DNA from: Scenedesmus sp. PABB004
Lineage: Eukaryota
NCBI GenBank assembly: GCA_014905635.1
Contig: JABVCE010000003.1
Coordinates: 372,001-436,000, forward strand
Reading direction: 5' to 3'
DNA: 64,000 nucleotides
The position numbers were made by a program, and so were the translations under genes. The stretch's first letter is position 1, and every line of letters begins with the position of its first letter. Below the pieces are notes generated by a model. It made no database searches. It saw only the letters and a list, made by a program, of their open reading frames with translations, and had not been told where the DNA came from. Of the stretch, positions 11,249 through 23,000 are shown in pieces.

Positions 11249-12532
11249 CAGGGCAGCGCGCCCCCGAGGCCCGCACGGCCCCGCCCCATGCACCCGCTGT
11301 CCCTCTGGGGTGCGTCAGCGACTGCGGTGCGCTCTCGAACCTTTCGCCCGGCGGTCAGGCGGTGCGCGGTGGCGGCGCGACGCTGCAGAAGCGCGCGCGA
11401 CGCGGCGTTTGACGGAAGCGCGGTCCCGCGGAGCGGCACCCCTCTCCCGAGCTGGACCACCGGCACGGCACCCCGCCGCCGTTGCCGGCACCGCCGCCGC
11501 AGCCGCGCTGGGCGGTCGCTGGCGCGCCGCGCGGCGCCGCGCGCTCGCGGCCTGCCGTCGGCGGCGTGGCCCGCCGAGCGTCTGCTGGGCGGGGCCTGCT
11601 GCCCGGACCACGCTCGTGTGCGCCAGGCGGCGCGCGTTGGAGGCGTGCCGCAGCCGCGGTCGCGCGCGGTCGCGCGCGAAGTCGCGGCGACGCGGGGGCC
11701 GACGAGCGACGCTGAGGTGTCACAGAGCTGCGCGGCAGCGCAGGCAGGCGAGCCCAGACTGCGCGGCGGGCAGACAGGGCTACCTGCGCGGCGCGCGGCG
11801 CCGGCGCTGCTGCCACGGCGCCGCCGGCGCGGGCGAGCAGCACGCCGCGCCGCGCCGCGTGTCGGACGGAGCTCACGCTGCCCAGAAGCCAGGAGCACGC
11901 TGCCAGGGCAGCCCGCGACCGCGCGACCCGGGCGACGGCTGCGCGCGATCGGGGAGCCTGCGCCGGCCAACGCGCCCGCGGGCGGGCTTCGCGGTGTGCC
12001 ACGAGCTCGGGGGTCGCAGTGGGCGCGCGTGGGACCTCGCACAGCGTGCGGTGGTGCACACTCGTTGAAAGCCGTCGTTCACGTGATTGGCGCAACGCGC
12101 GTCTGGTGGCGCGCCCCCGCCCCCTACTTAGCCGGCGACCGCCCCGTCACTCTCCCAACTCGCCGCGCCGCGCCACGCCCCTCCTCCGCCTCCCTGCGCT
12201 CGGCTACTGCTCCCCGGCCTTCGTGCTCGCTGCGCCGTCGACCGAGCGCCCTCCACCTCTCCCTCCTCACCCGTAAGTTTGTGGCGCGTCCATGCTGCCT
12301 TTGCGCCCACTGCCAGCGCCTCAGCGCCGCTCTGCGCGCCGCGGGAGGGGGGCGCGCGCCGGTGCCCATCACCCCGCCCCCCGCCGGCGCCGGGGCGCCG
12401 CGCCACCGCCACTCCGCCCTCCCGGGCTCGCGCGGCCCGCCACGCAGCTCCCCCGCGCGCCGCCTGACGCCCTCACCGCCCGCCGCCCCACGCCGCCGCC
12501 GCCGCTGCCGCACGCAGGCGCCGCTGCCCACG

Positions 12533-15000
12533 ATGGCCCTCGCCGCCCGCACCACCCGCGCCGCCGGCACCGCCGGGCGCTCCAAGACGCGCGCCGGTGA
12601 GCGCCCCGCACGCCCCGGCCCCTCCCGGCCGCGGCAGGGCCGCTCCCGCGCCGCGCGGGCCGGCGCCTAGGGTTGCGCGCCTCACCGCCCGCCGCGCCCG
12701 CCGCCGCGCTCGCCGCCCACAGCGCCGCGCCTGGCGGGCGCCGCCGCGACCGCCCCGCGCCGCGTGGCGCTGCTCGTGCGCGCCGCCGCCGCGCCCGCCG
12801 CCGCGGGCGCCAAGGTCGACACCGCGCTGACCCCCAAGGCCCAGGGCTTCACCATGCCCGGTGCGCCGCGCGCCCGCGCGCCCCCTGCGCGCTCCCGCTT
12901 CGCCCTGCGCGCCGGCTGGGCTCGCGCCGCCGCCGCCGCCTGACCCGCCGCCGCCCTCCCTCTCCCTCGTTCTCTACCCTCTCTCTTTCACTCTTCCCTC
13001 TCCCTCTGTCTCCCGGCGCCCAGGCGAGTTTGAGAAGCACGCCGGCTGCTGGATGGGCTGGCCGTACGACAAGTACCTGTGGCGCGAGGACGCGGTGCCC
13101 GCGAAGAAGCAGTACGCCGCGGTCGCCAAGGCGATCAGCCAGTTTGAGCCCGTCACGATGTGGACCGACCCCTCCGTCGTCGACGAGGCCAAGCAGTACC
13201 TCGCCGACGCGCCCAACGTCTCCGGTGCGCCGCGCGGCGGCGCCGGCCGGCCGGCCGCCGCCCCGCGCGCGCGCGCCGCGTCGCGCCGCCTGCCCCGTGC
13301 TGGCGCGCTCACCCCCTCCCGCCCCGCTCCTCCCCTCCCCGCGCGCGCGCGCAGTCGAGGCCATGCCCATCAACGACGGCTGGCTGCGCGACTGGGGGCC
13401 GAGCTGCATCGCGCGCGTCGACCCCGAGACCGGCAAGCGCCAGGTCGCGGGCGTGCACTGGGACTACGACTGCTACGGTGCGCCCGGCAAGATCGCGCAG
13501 GGCCGCCCCGCGATGATGCCCAACTGGGACAAGGACTACAACGCGGGTGCGCGCCGCGCGCGCGCTGGCAGGGGCCGCCCGCGCACCCAGCGCCGGCCCG
13601 CCAGCGCGCTGCGCCGCCCGGCGGCGGGCGCGGGCTCCGAAGAACTGACCGCCGCGCCGCCCGCCCGCCGCGCCCCGCCGCCGCAGGCCGCCTGGTCCTC
13701 GAGCGCAACGGCCTGCCCGTGTTTGAGTGCCCCCTGCACCTCGAGGGCGGCTCCATCCACAGCGACGGCGAGGGGTGCGCCGCGCCGCCCGCGCCGCGCA
13801 CACTGCCCGCCCGCGCCCCACGCGCGCGGCGCGCCCGCTCCACACGCGCGGCCTGCTGACGGCGCCGTCCGCCCCCGCGCCCGTCCTCCCGCCCCCGCCG
13901 CCGCGCCCGACCTCCCTGCGCGCAGCACGCTGATGGTGACTGAGGAGTGCCTGCTCGACCCCAGCCGCAACCCCCACCTGGGCAAGGAGGGCATTGAGAA
14001 CCTGCTCAAGGAGTACCTCGGCATTGACAAGGTGCGTGTGGCGTGTGAGACTGTGGACTGACTGTGTTTTCACTGGTTGTCGACTGGTTGTCGACTGTGT
14101 GTCGACGGAGTGTGGGCGCCTAGCTGTGGGCACGCGGCGGCGCGCTCACGTGTGCGCGCCGCCGGCGGCGCCGGCGCCGGCAGGTGATCTGGCTGTGGAA
14201 GGGCATGGCGGGCGACACCGAGGTCGTCAACGGCCACGTGGACAACATGGCCTGCTTCATCCGCCCCGGCGTCGTCGCGATGAGCTGGACCGAGGACAAG
14301 ACCGACCCCCAGGTGCGCGCAGCAGGGCTGCACCACGCAGGGCCCGCGCCGCCGGGCGGGCCGCCGCCCCGCGCCCGCGCGCCCACGCTGCCCCGGCCGC
14401 GCTCACGCGCCCGCCCACCCGGCCACCCGCCCGCGCGCGCGCGTGCATGCGCGCAGTACGAGTGCTCCAGCCGCAACCTGGAGATCCTGGAGAGCACCAC
14501 TGACGCCAAGGGGCGCAAGATCGAGGTCATCAAGGTCCCCTGCCCGCCGCCCATGTTCCGCACCCACCACGAGGCCGACACCGTCGACGTGAGCGCCCGC
14601 CCGCGCCCGCCCGCCTGCCCGCTGCTCGGGGCGCCCCTGCGGCGCGCGCTTGCCGAGCGCCGAGCGTGGGCCGCCGCCGACGCCTGCCGCCGCCGACGCC
14701 CGCCGCCCGCCGCGCGCGCGCCGCCGCGCCGCGCAGCCGGAGCACATCACCAAGGGCTACGTCCCGCGCCTCGCGTGCGCGCGGCTGCCGGGGAGCTACA
14801 TCAACCACTACTGCGCCAACGGCGGCGTCGTGGTGCCCCAGTTTGGCTACCCGACCGACCAGCAGGCCATCGACGTGCTGCAGGCCGCGTACGGCCCCGG
14901 CTACAAGGTCGTCGGCGTGCCCGGCGGCACGCGCGAGGTGCTGCTCAACGCCGGCAACGTGCACTGCATCACGCAGCAGCACGTGCTCGGCGGCATCTGA
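12533..15000 (+). CDS. AIH: Agmatine deiminase (agmatine iminohydrolase) with predicted organellar transit peptide; about 9 coding exons; probable 5'UTR intron about 12273-12517
   Basis: GFTMP|GEFEKHAGCWMGWP, NDGWLRDWGP, LEGGSIHSDGEG, TEECLL.P.RNP, NGHVDNMACF, SYINHY.ANGGVVVPQF and GNVHCITQQ (catalytic Cys). Confidence 0.95.
14050..14108. repeat. Short degenerate tandem repeat (about ctggttgtcga) in an agmatine deiminase intron
   Basis: cactggttgtcgactggttgtcgactgtgtgtcgac; less GC-rich than the other introns. Confidence 0.55.
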
Positions 15001-15285
15001 GCGGCGCGCCCTGCAGCTGGCTGGTTCAGCGGCGCAGCGGCTGCCGGCGGCGAGACGGCGAGAGAACCCAACCCAGACCCGTGTTTGAGCGTTGACCCGA
15101 CCCGTCCAATGAACTGATGGTGGTGCGCGCCAGGCCCGCCCGGACGGGCGGCGCCGCGCGGCAGCGTGGCGCGATTGTGTTGGGCTGTGTACAGGGCTTG
15201 CTGTGATGGGCGCGCGCGCGCGGGCGCGTGGCTGCCGCGTCGGGAGAGGGCTGCGTCGACCGTGTGCAGGCTGGCTCGAGCGGTG

Positions 15286-15290
15286 TGTAA
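15286..15290 (+). promoter_or_regulatory. TGTAA polyadenylation signal of agmatine deiminase
   Basis: TGTAA about 290 nt after the stop codon. Confidence 0.55.
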
Positions 15291-15342
15291 CGCCGCACGA
15301 CCCGACCGCTCGCTCGCTTACCGCGCGCGCACCCGGTCGGCC

Positions 15343-17289
15343 TCACGTCGCTGGGCCCTGCGCGGCGGCGGCCTCGACGTCTGCGATGATCTGGCCCACG
15401 ATCCCCCGCAGCGCCGCCGCGCTCGGCGCGGCGCGGGCGCCGGCTGCCGCTGCAGCCTCCTCCGACAGCGCCAGCACGGAGCGCCCCTCCTCCGCGGCCT
15501 GCCCCAGCAGCGGGTCGAGCGGCACGCGGCCCAGCAGGCGCAGGCCGAGCTGCTCGCACATGCGCGCCGCGCCGCCGCCGGTGGGCAGGAAGACGTCGGT
15601 GCTCGCGGACACGTCGCCCAGGTCGCCGACGAGCCCGCCGCCCACGAGCGCCGCCTGCAGCGCCGCCTGCACCGCGGCGGTCACGTCGGCCTGCCCCGCC
15701 GCGAAGCGCAGCGCCGGCAGCGACACCTGCAGCGTCGACATGTTCTCCACCACGCCCAGCACCTGCGCCGGCCGGGCGGCGGCGGCGCTCGGGGCTCGGG
15801 GGCGTCGCGGCGCCCCGTGCGCGCACACGAGGCGCCCCACGCCCTGCCCCCCCCCCCCCACGCGCGCGCGCGCGCCGCCGCACCTCGAGCTCCACCTTTC
15901 TGCAGAAGCTGACCTCCTTGCGCACGTCGATGATCGACACCTCCTGCGCGCGCCACGCGCGGCGCCGGCCGCAGGCGTCGGCGGCGCGGGGGTCGGCGGC
16001 GCGCGCACGACTTGCGATGCGCCGCGCCGCGCATGCCGCGCCGCGCCCCGCGCCGCGCCGCGCCGCGCCTGGGGCGTCGTGACGATGACCGCCGCGTCGA
16101 GCCCGCCTGCGATGTTGCGCCCCGCGGACGCGCCGCCGCCCGGCGCGGCGGCGGCGCGCAGGAACTGGGCGATGGAGATGTGCTCGTCCGACGTCCCCGG
16201 CGGCGCGTCGACGACCAGGAAGTCCAGCGGGCCCCACACGACGTCGCGCAGGAACTGCTTGATCAGCGCGTTCTTGCTGCGCGGCGCGGAGGGCGGCGTG
16301 CGGCGCGGCGTGCAGGGTGTGCGGCACGTGCACGTGCGCGGCGACGGCAAAGGCGAGCGCGGCGCGCGCACCGCGGGCCGCGCCAGATGACGGCGTCGTC
16401 GGGGTTTGGCAGCATGAAGCCTGGCGGGCGCGGCGCGGCGCGGCGGCGGCGGCGGCGGCGGCCCTGGGCGCTCGGCGCGCGGCCGCACGCTCGGGCTGGC
16501 GGGCGCCGCGCGCTGCGGCTGGGCCACGCGGTCCGCGCCGCCGGCGCGCGGTGGTGCGCGGGCTGCGCCGGCGGGTGGTGCCTCTGCCGCGCCGCACCGA
16601 TGCTCATGACCGCGAGGTTGTCTTCCACGTACACCGGGGACCAGCCGCTCGCGCTCTGGTGCACCTCCTGGCCCTCCAGGCCGGTGAGCTTGGGTGCCGA
16701 GGGGCCGCAGATGTCAATGTCCAGCAGGCCGACCTGCGGCGGCCGGCGCGCGCGCGCGCGCCTCGCACCCCTCGGGCGGTCCAGGCCGGGCCCGCCGGGG
16801 CGCGGCCCGCCGGCACCGCCACGCGTGGCGCGTGGCGGCGGGCGCGCCGCGCGCGCACCTCCTTGCCCTGCGCCGCGAGCGCAAACGCGAGCTGCGTCGC
16901 AAAGGTGCTCTTGCCGACGCCGCCCTTGCCGGACAGCACCAGCAGCTTGTTTTTCACGCTCGCCATGCGCTCGGCAATGGCCGCCAGGTCTGCGGCCGGC
17001 CGGCGGGCGCGGCGGCGCGCCTGGGCGCCGAGCGGCGGCGCCCGGGGCCGGCGGCAGCTGGCACGCGCTGCGCGCACCCGGATCTGGGCCCTTGGGCGCG
17101 GAGGCGCACACGGCCTGGTTGGGGCAGCCCGCGCAGCCCGCCGCCTTGCCCGCATCCTCGCTCTGCGTCCCGGGGCAGTCTGCGCGGGGCGGCAGCGGCG
17201 CGATATCAGCAGCAGCGCCCGCGCCGCCGCGCGCCGGCTGGCGGCCGCTGCCACGCACGCGCAGGCGCGTTGCTCGGGACGTCGCCCAT
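15343..17289 (-). CDS. NBP35: Cytosolic Fe-S cluster assembly factor NBP35, about 9 exons
   Basis: [25 protein letters not shown] (N-terminal Fe-S Cys motif), [48 protein letters not shown]...[11 protein letters not shown] and GVVENMS. Confidence 0.95.
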
Positions 17290-18300
17290 GGCGTCGTACG
17301 GGCGGCGGGCGCTGGCCAGCAGGGCGTGTGGCGGCAGCAGCGGCGGCAGCAGCGGCGGCGTGCAGAGCGCAGTGCGGGCGGCGCGGGGAGCGCGTGGTCC
17401 ACGGGAGGCGCAGAGTGCTCTGGCCGGGTGAGGGAGCGCGGCTCGTGGGCGAGCGACCATCCGCGACGCGCTCGTGTGCCGGCGGCGCCAGGGCTCAAGC
17501 ACGCCCGCGCGCAGCAGCCGACCAGGCGTGCTGGCTCACCAGCGCGCCGCAGCCCCCACCGGGGTGGCTGCCGCCAGCCGCCGCCGCCAGCGCTGGACCT
17601 GCGGCAGGCCGGGCCGGTGTGCACGGCACGGCGTGCGCAGCGCATGACCCAAGCACGCACCACGGCTCCAGCGGCCGCGCCTGGCCGACCCTCGTGGCGA
17701 GGCCCCCACCCAGTCGGCGCGCCCGCTCTCTGGCGGCTGTCGGCGCGCCGGCTGCTCGCCGGCGGCGCGCGCGCGCGCCGTGCCGCGCGGCCCGTTGCTG
17801 CGCCGCAGCCGCCCGCGGGCCGCTGGTGGCGCAGCCGCTGGTGAAGCAGGCAAGGACCGCCGTGGACGACGTCCCGAGCTCCGCGCTGGGAGCAGCCGCG
17901 TGCCGGCGGCGGTGCGGGCGCGCGCTGCTGGTGGCGCGCCGCCCCTGTGCCCCTCGGGGACTGCCGCGGGCCGCAGAGCGAGGCCGGGGCAAGGAAGACA
18001 CCATGCCAAGATCACTTTAACATAAAAAGCCACAACTGCCGATAGCCGAATCGTCAGCCCCGCCGCGCGCGCCGCGCCCGGCCCGCCCCCGCGCCGCCCC
18101 AGACCGGCCAGGCATCGACCCCGCACACCTCCAGGGCGCCGCCACAGCGACCAGCCGATTTTCGCGCTCGCTCCCCCGCGCCCCGCCCCGCCCCCGCCCC
18201 GCCCGTGCCCGCCGCGCGCCGCCGTCGCGGGATCTCGGCGTTCCGCGGGAGCCTGGCCACCGGCCGCCCGCCGCCGCGCTCCGGCTCGCCCGGCCCACCG

Positions 18301-21074
18301 ATGGGCGCGGGCCCGGAGCCCATGGGCAGCGACATGGCCTCCCCCGTGCCCCTGCCGCTGGACGGCAGCGTCGTCAAGGTGGGGCGGGGCCCGCCCGGCC
18401 CGGGCGGCGCGGGCGCGCGCCGCGGGGCGAGCGCGCAGCGGGGCCGCGCCCGCCCCGCCGCCGGGGCGCGCGCTGGGGCGCGCCCGAGCCGCCCCGGGCG
18501 CCGCGCAGATGAAGGGCCTGCCCTTCAAGGCGTGCAGCGAGGACGTGCTCAAGTTTTACGGCGGCTTTTCCATCAAGGCCTCCTGCATCTACCTGAAACG
18601 CCACCCCGACGGCCGCCCCAGCGGCGAGGTGCGCGCGATTAGGGCCGGGGCGTGCCGCGGCGGGGCGCGCCGGGGGCGCGGGGGCGCCCGGCACGCAGCG
18701 GCACGCAGTCGGGCCCCCCTCGCCGCTGCGGCGCGCGGGCGGCCCGCCTGGCGCGCCGGGGACGCGGCGGGCGGCCTGGGGGGCTCAATTACGGAGCGGC
18801 GGGGGTTTGGGTGCGCGGCGCGACGGGCGGCAGCAGCAGAGCTCGCGCGGCATCTCCCTCCCGGCCGGCCGCCCACGCCGGCCGCCGCGGCGCCCGCCCC
18901 GCTGCGCCCGAGCAGGCGTTCGTGGTGTTCGAGTCGCCGGACGAGGCGCAGCGCGCCTGCCAGAAGGACCGGGAGACGTTTGGCGAGAAGTTTGGCGACC
19001 GCTACGTCCGCGTCTACCCCACGCTGGAGAGCGACGTCGCGGACATGCAGCAGGCGGTGCACGTGCAGAACATGGTCGCGCAGGTGCGGGAGCCGCGGGG
19101 GGCCGCGGCGGCGCTGCAGGGCGCGGCGCAGGGCGCAGGCGAGCTGGAGCGCAGGAGGCAGCCGGAGCAGCCGCGGCAGCCGGAGCAGCAGCATGCGCAG
19201 CCGCGGGAGCGGCCGCGCGAGCAGGCGCGGCAGGCGGGGGCGCGGCAGCCGACGCTCGCTCGCGCGCTGCCGGCGCGCGCAGGGCCACTCGCACATGCAC
19301 ATGGACAGCGTGGTCAAGATGAAGAGCCTGCCCTTTGACGCGACGCAGCTGGACATCATCCAGTTCTTCGAGGCGTACCGCCTCAAGCCCAACGGCGTGC
19401 AGCTCGTCGTGCGCTCCGACAACAAGCCCACGGGCGAGGTACGCCGCGGCGCGGCGCGGCAGCGGGCGGCGGCGGTAGCAGCGGCGGGGCCCGCGCGCGG
19501 CGCCGTGGCTGAGTCCCGCGCGCGCGCGCCGCGCCCCCGCACAGGCGTTTGTGGACTTTGAGAACTACGAGGAGGCGGCGCGCGCGATGCGCGAGAAGGA
19601 CCACAAGGTCTTCAACGAGAAGTTTGGCGACCGCTACGTGCGCCTCATCCAGGTGCGCCTCGCCCGGCGGCTGCGGCGGCTGCGGCGCCGGCAGCGGCGG
19701 CAGCTGTTGCAGCAGCAACGCGGGCGGCCGCAGCTGCGGCGGCAGCACCGGCGGGCGAGCAGCGGGGGCGCGCGGGCAGCTGCGGCGGGCTCAAGCAGCG
19801 GCGGGCTCACCCCGGCCCGCGCCGCGCGCCGGCGCGCAGGTGTCGCGCAAGGAGATGCAGGCGACGCTCGCGCTGCGCTTTGGCGGCGAGGGCATCCTCA
19901 AGGTCAAGGGCATCCCGTTCAAGGCCGGCGCGGGCGACGTGCGCAAGTTCTTCAACGGCTACAAGATCAAGCCCGAGGGCGTGAGCTTCATCATGCACGC
20001 CGACGGCCGGCCCACGGGCATGGCGTTCATCGAGTTTGAGACGCCCCAGGAGGCCGTGCGCGCGATGGTGCGCGCGCGCCGCGCTGGCGCCGCGCTGGCG
20101 CCGCGGGCGCGCGGCGGCGCGCTGCGGCACGGCGGCGCTGCGGCGCAGGCCCGCTCCCGCGCCGCCGCGCTCACCGCGCGCCCCCGGCGCCGCGCTGCGC
20201 CCGCCGCAGGAGAAGGACCGCGCCAAGTTTGGGCCCGAGTACGGCGACCGCTTCTGCATGCTGCAGCTCGTCGGCCGGCACGAGATGGACAAGGTGCAGC
20301 TGCAGCACGAGAGCGAGAGCAACCACAAGATCATGGTGAGCCGCCCGCCGGGGCGCCGCGCGCCGGGGCGCGCCGCGCACCGCCGGCTGCCGGCGCCGCG
20401 CCGCTCACCCCGCGCGCGCCGCGCCCCGCGCGCCCGCAGAGCGGGCTCAACGGCGTGCCCGGCCTGGGCGGCATGGGCGGCGGGCTCAACGCGGCGGGCA
20501 TGAGCGGCATCAGCGGCATCAACGCCGCGGCGCTCGCGCTGCAGGCGCTCGCGGCGGCCAACCCCGCGCTGCTGATGAGCCAGAACCCCTGGCTCGCGAG
20601 CCACATGCACCAGATGCTCGGCGGCATGGCCGGCCCCATGGCCGGCGGGCACCCCGGCCTGGGCCAGCTCGGGCAGCTGCCCGCGACGGGGCCGATGGCG
20701 ATGCCGCCGGTCGACCACGCGCAGCTCGCCGCCGCGCAGCAGCTCGGCCAGCAGTTCAACGGCGGCGGCATGAGCGGCCTCACGAGCGCGCTCAACGGCC
20801 TCGGCCTGCAGGCGTCGCCGCCGCCCGGCCAGGGCGCGCCCGGCGCGGCGGAGGGGGCGGCTGGATGCCCGGCGGCGGCCCGCCCGACGACATGGTCTTC
20901 TACAACGGCGGCGCCGGCGGCCAGGGCTGGGGCGACAGCCGCCGCATGCCGACGTCGGGCCAGGTGGCCGCGGCGTCGTGGGCGGCCGCGCACAACAGCC
21001 CGCCCGCGCACATGGCCGCCGCGCTGTCGGCGGGCCTCGGCGCCGGCGGCGAGCAGGGCTACGCGACGATGTGA
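18301..21074 (+). CDS. hnRNP F/H / ESRP-like RNA-binding protein with three quasi-RRMs and a Gly/Met-rich tail; apparent 1-nt frameshift near 20845
   Basis: Three repeats of the type VVKMKGLPF...D...FF....I....V.......GRP.GEAFV.F.....A.RA..KD...FG..FGDRY, spread over 8 exons. Confidence 0.88.
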
Positions 21075-22674
21075 GGCGCCCGCGGGCGCGCGCGCGCGCC
21101 GCCCGCGCGCGCCGCCGCGGCAGGGGCCCGGCGGCGCGGCGCGGCGCGGCGCGGCGCGGGGCTTTTGCTTGTGGGTGGGGGCGGGCCCGCGACGGCGCAT
21201 TTGCACGTCGCGCGGCCCCGACCGTGCACAGGAGCTGGACGCAGCGGCGCTCTCTTGTTGTTCCCGACATTCGCCCGAGGTGCATGACTGAGTGCTGGTG
21301 CTGCTGTGTTCAGTGTCGCGGGGAGGGCCGTCCCACGAGCCGCCCCCGCGGGCCCGGCGCCGCGCCCCCCGCGCGGGGGCCGGCGCGGGCCGCGTTTGGT
21401 CGCGCGCGCGCGGTGTTGCTGGTGAGCCCTTGTCGGAGGGTGTTTGCGGCTCGCCGGTGTTTGTGTGCTGCTGCGACGACGACGCTTGCCGCTTTGCTCG
21501 GAGTGTGCGTCTCCCCTGCTGCTGCGCGGAATCCCCTCTATAGCGCGTGTTGCTGGTGGTCGCGGGAGCGAATCCCCAGTGTCCTGCTGCCCGCGGCACG
21601 CGCGCGCTGCTCACCCCGACAGCACACGTTGGCGCTGCTGCACGGCCAGCACGGCGCCCGCCCTGGTGCACCAGCACCCGCGGCGGGCGGCCCCGCAAGA
21701 CTGGCGCCCCGCGCGCGCGCCGCCGCCGCGCCGCCGGGCCCCTGGCGCGCGCGCGCGCGCGCGCGCGGGCGCGCGTGGGCAGCCTCTCGCTTGGCGCTCC
21801 AATGAAAGCGCGTCCGCGCGCTTGCAGGCAGGCAGTCCCTGCACGGAGCGAGACCCTTGCATCCCCTCTGCTGGAGGGGCCGCCCCACCGGGGCGCGGGC
21901 GCGTCGTCTGTTCGTCGCCCGCGCGTCGCCGGCGGCGGCGGCCCCGCGCGCGGGGCCTTCCCGCGCGCGCCCCTGTTTGCCGCTGATATCTCAGCGTTGA
22001 CTCAGCCCCCGTGCCGCGCCATGTGGGGTATTCGTCCTGTATCCGCGCGCGCGGCCCGCACGTTTTGCTATGCGGGCGGGCTTTTTAGACTCGACGGCGG
22101 CGGCGGCGCCCCGGCCCCGCCCCCACCAACAAACCGACGACGACAACCCATTCCATCGGCGTGGTGTGAGGCTCGCTTGGTCGCATTCGGATCAGCCGGC
22201 GGCGCTCCCCAGTCCAGTTTGCAGCCCCCCTCGTGGCGCCGTGGTGCTGCCCGCGGTCCGCCGCCCGTGGCGGCCGCGGGGCCCGGCGCTCCGAGGCGCG
22301 TGCTTGCGTGCTCCCGCGCGCCCCCACGCCCCGCGCGCGCCGCGTTTGTGTGGTCCGCCGGCGGCCGTGTTTGGTGGAGCACTGACATTTGCCGTTCTTA
22401 CGGCGGCCCTTTCGAAGAGCAAGCAGGGAAAGAGCGCGAGGGCGCGCGGGCCGCGCGGCGGCTCCTTGGTCGCCGGCGGAGGTCGCGCTCGCGCATGCGC
22501 ACGCACACAGGTTTGTCAGCTGTCCGCCCAGGTTTGCGGTGGAGTTGTGTGCCGGAGTGGTGCACTGTGGCGGCGCTGGAGAGAGGAGTAATAGCGTTGC
22601 GCGCAGCGTGCACACAGCTGAGCCGCGAGCCCTGGTCGCTGCGCCCCGACGACGCCCGCGCGAGCTCGCCAGTC

Positions 22675-22884
22675 GCTGCTGCTGCTGCTCGTGGGCGGCA
22701 GGTCAGAGCGACGGAAGGCAACTCGTGGCGGGCGGGCTGCGGTGTGCGGCGGGCCGAGCGGCCGCGCGCTGGCCGCGGGCGCGCCGGCGCCGCGCCGTCA
22801 GTCCACAGAACCCGGCCTGCCCCGCCCGCACGGCTCGTGCGCCCGGACACGAGCGCCACCCCTGGTCGCACACGAGTGTCGCTG

Positions 22885-22918
<34 letters not shown>

Positions 22919-22973
22919 CACCGCCCGCGCGCCGCTGCCGCTTCCACGAGCGCACGCCGCCGCTGCCGCCACG
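22675..22973. repeat. Dispersed repeat copy 1 (about 270-300 bp, MITE-like)
   Basis: Colinear match to 35510-35801, including aggtcagagc, ctcgtggcgggcgggctgcggtgtgcggcggg, cgccgtcagtccacagaacccggcctgccccgcccgc, ggtcgcacacgagt and ccacgagcgcacgccgc. Confidence 0.85.
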
Positions 22974-23000
22974 TGCGCCCCCGCCGCCTGGCGCCTGCCC

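Noticed and set aside
12533..17289. Agmatine deiminase + NBP35 as a bacterial-type operon or horizontally acquired cluster
   Set aside because: The genes are convergent, intron-rich and functionally unrelated eukaryotic genes.
21075..22670. Possible gene or RNA in the long gap after the qRRM gene
   Set aside because: No coherent spliced ORF, tRNA cloverleaf or snRNA motif was recognised; it is consistent with a long 3'UTR plus intergenic DNA.
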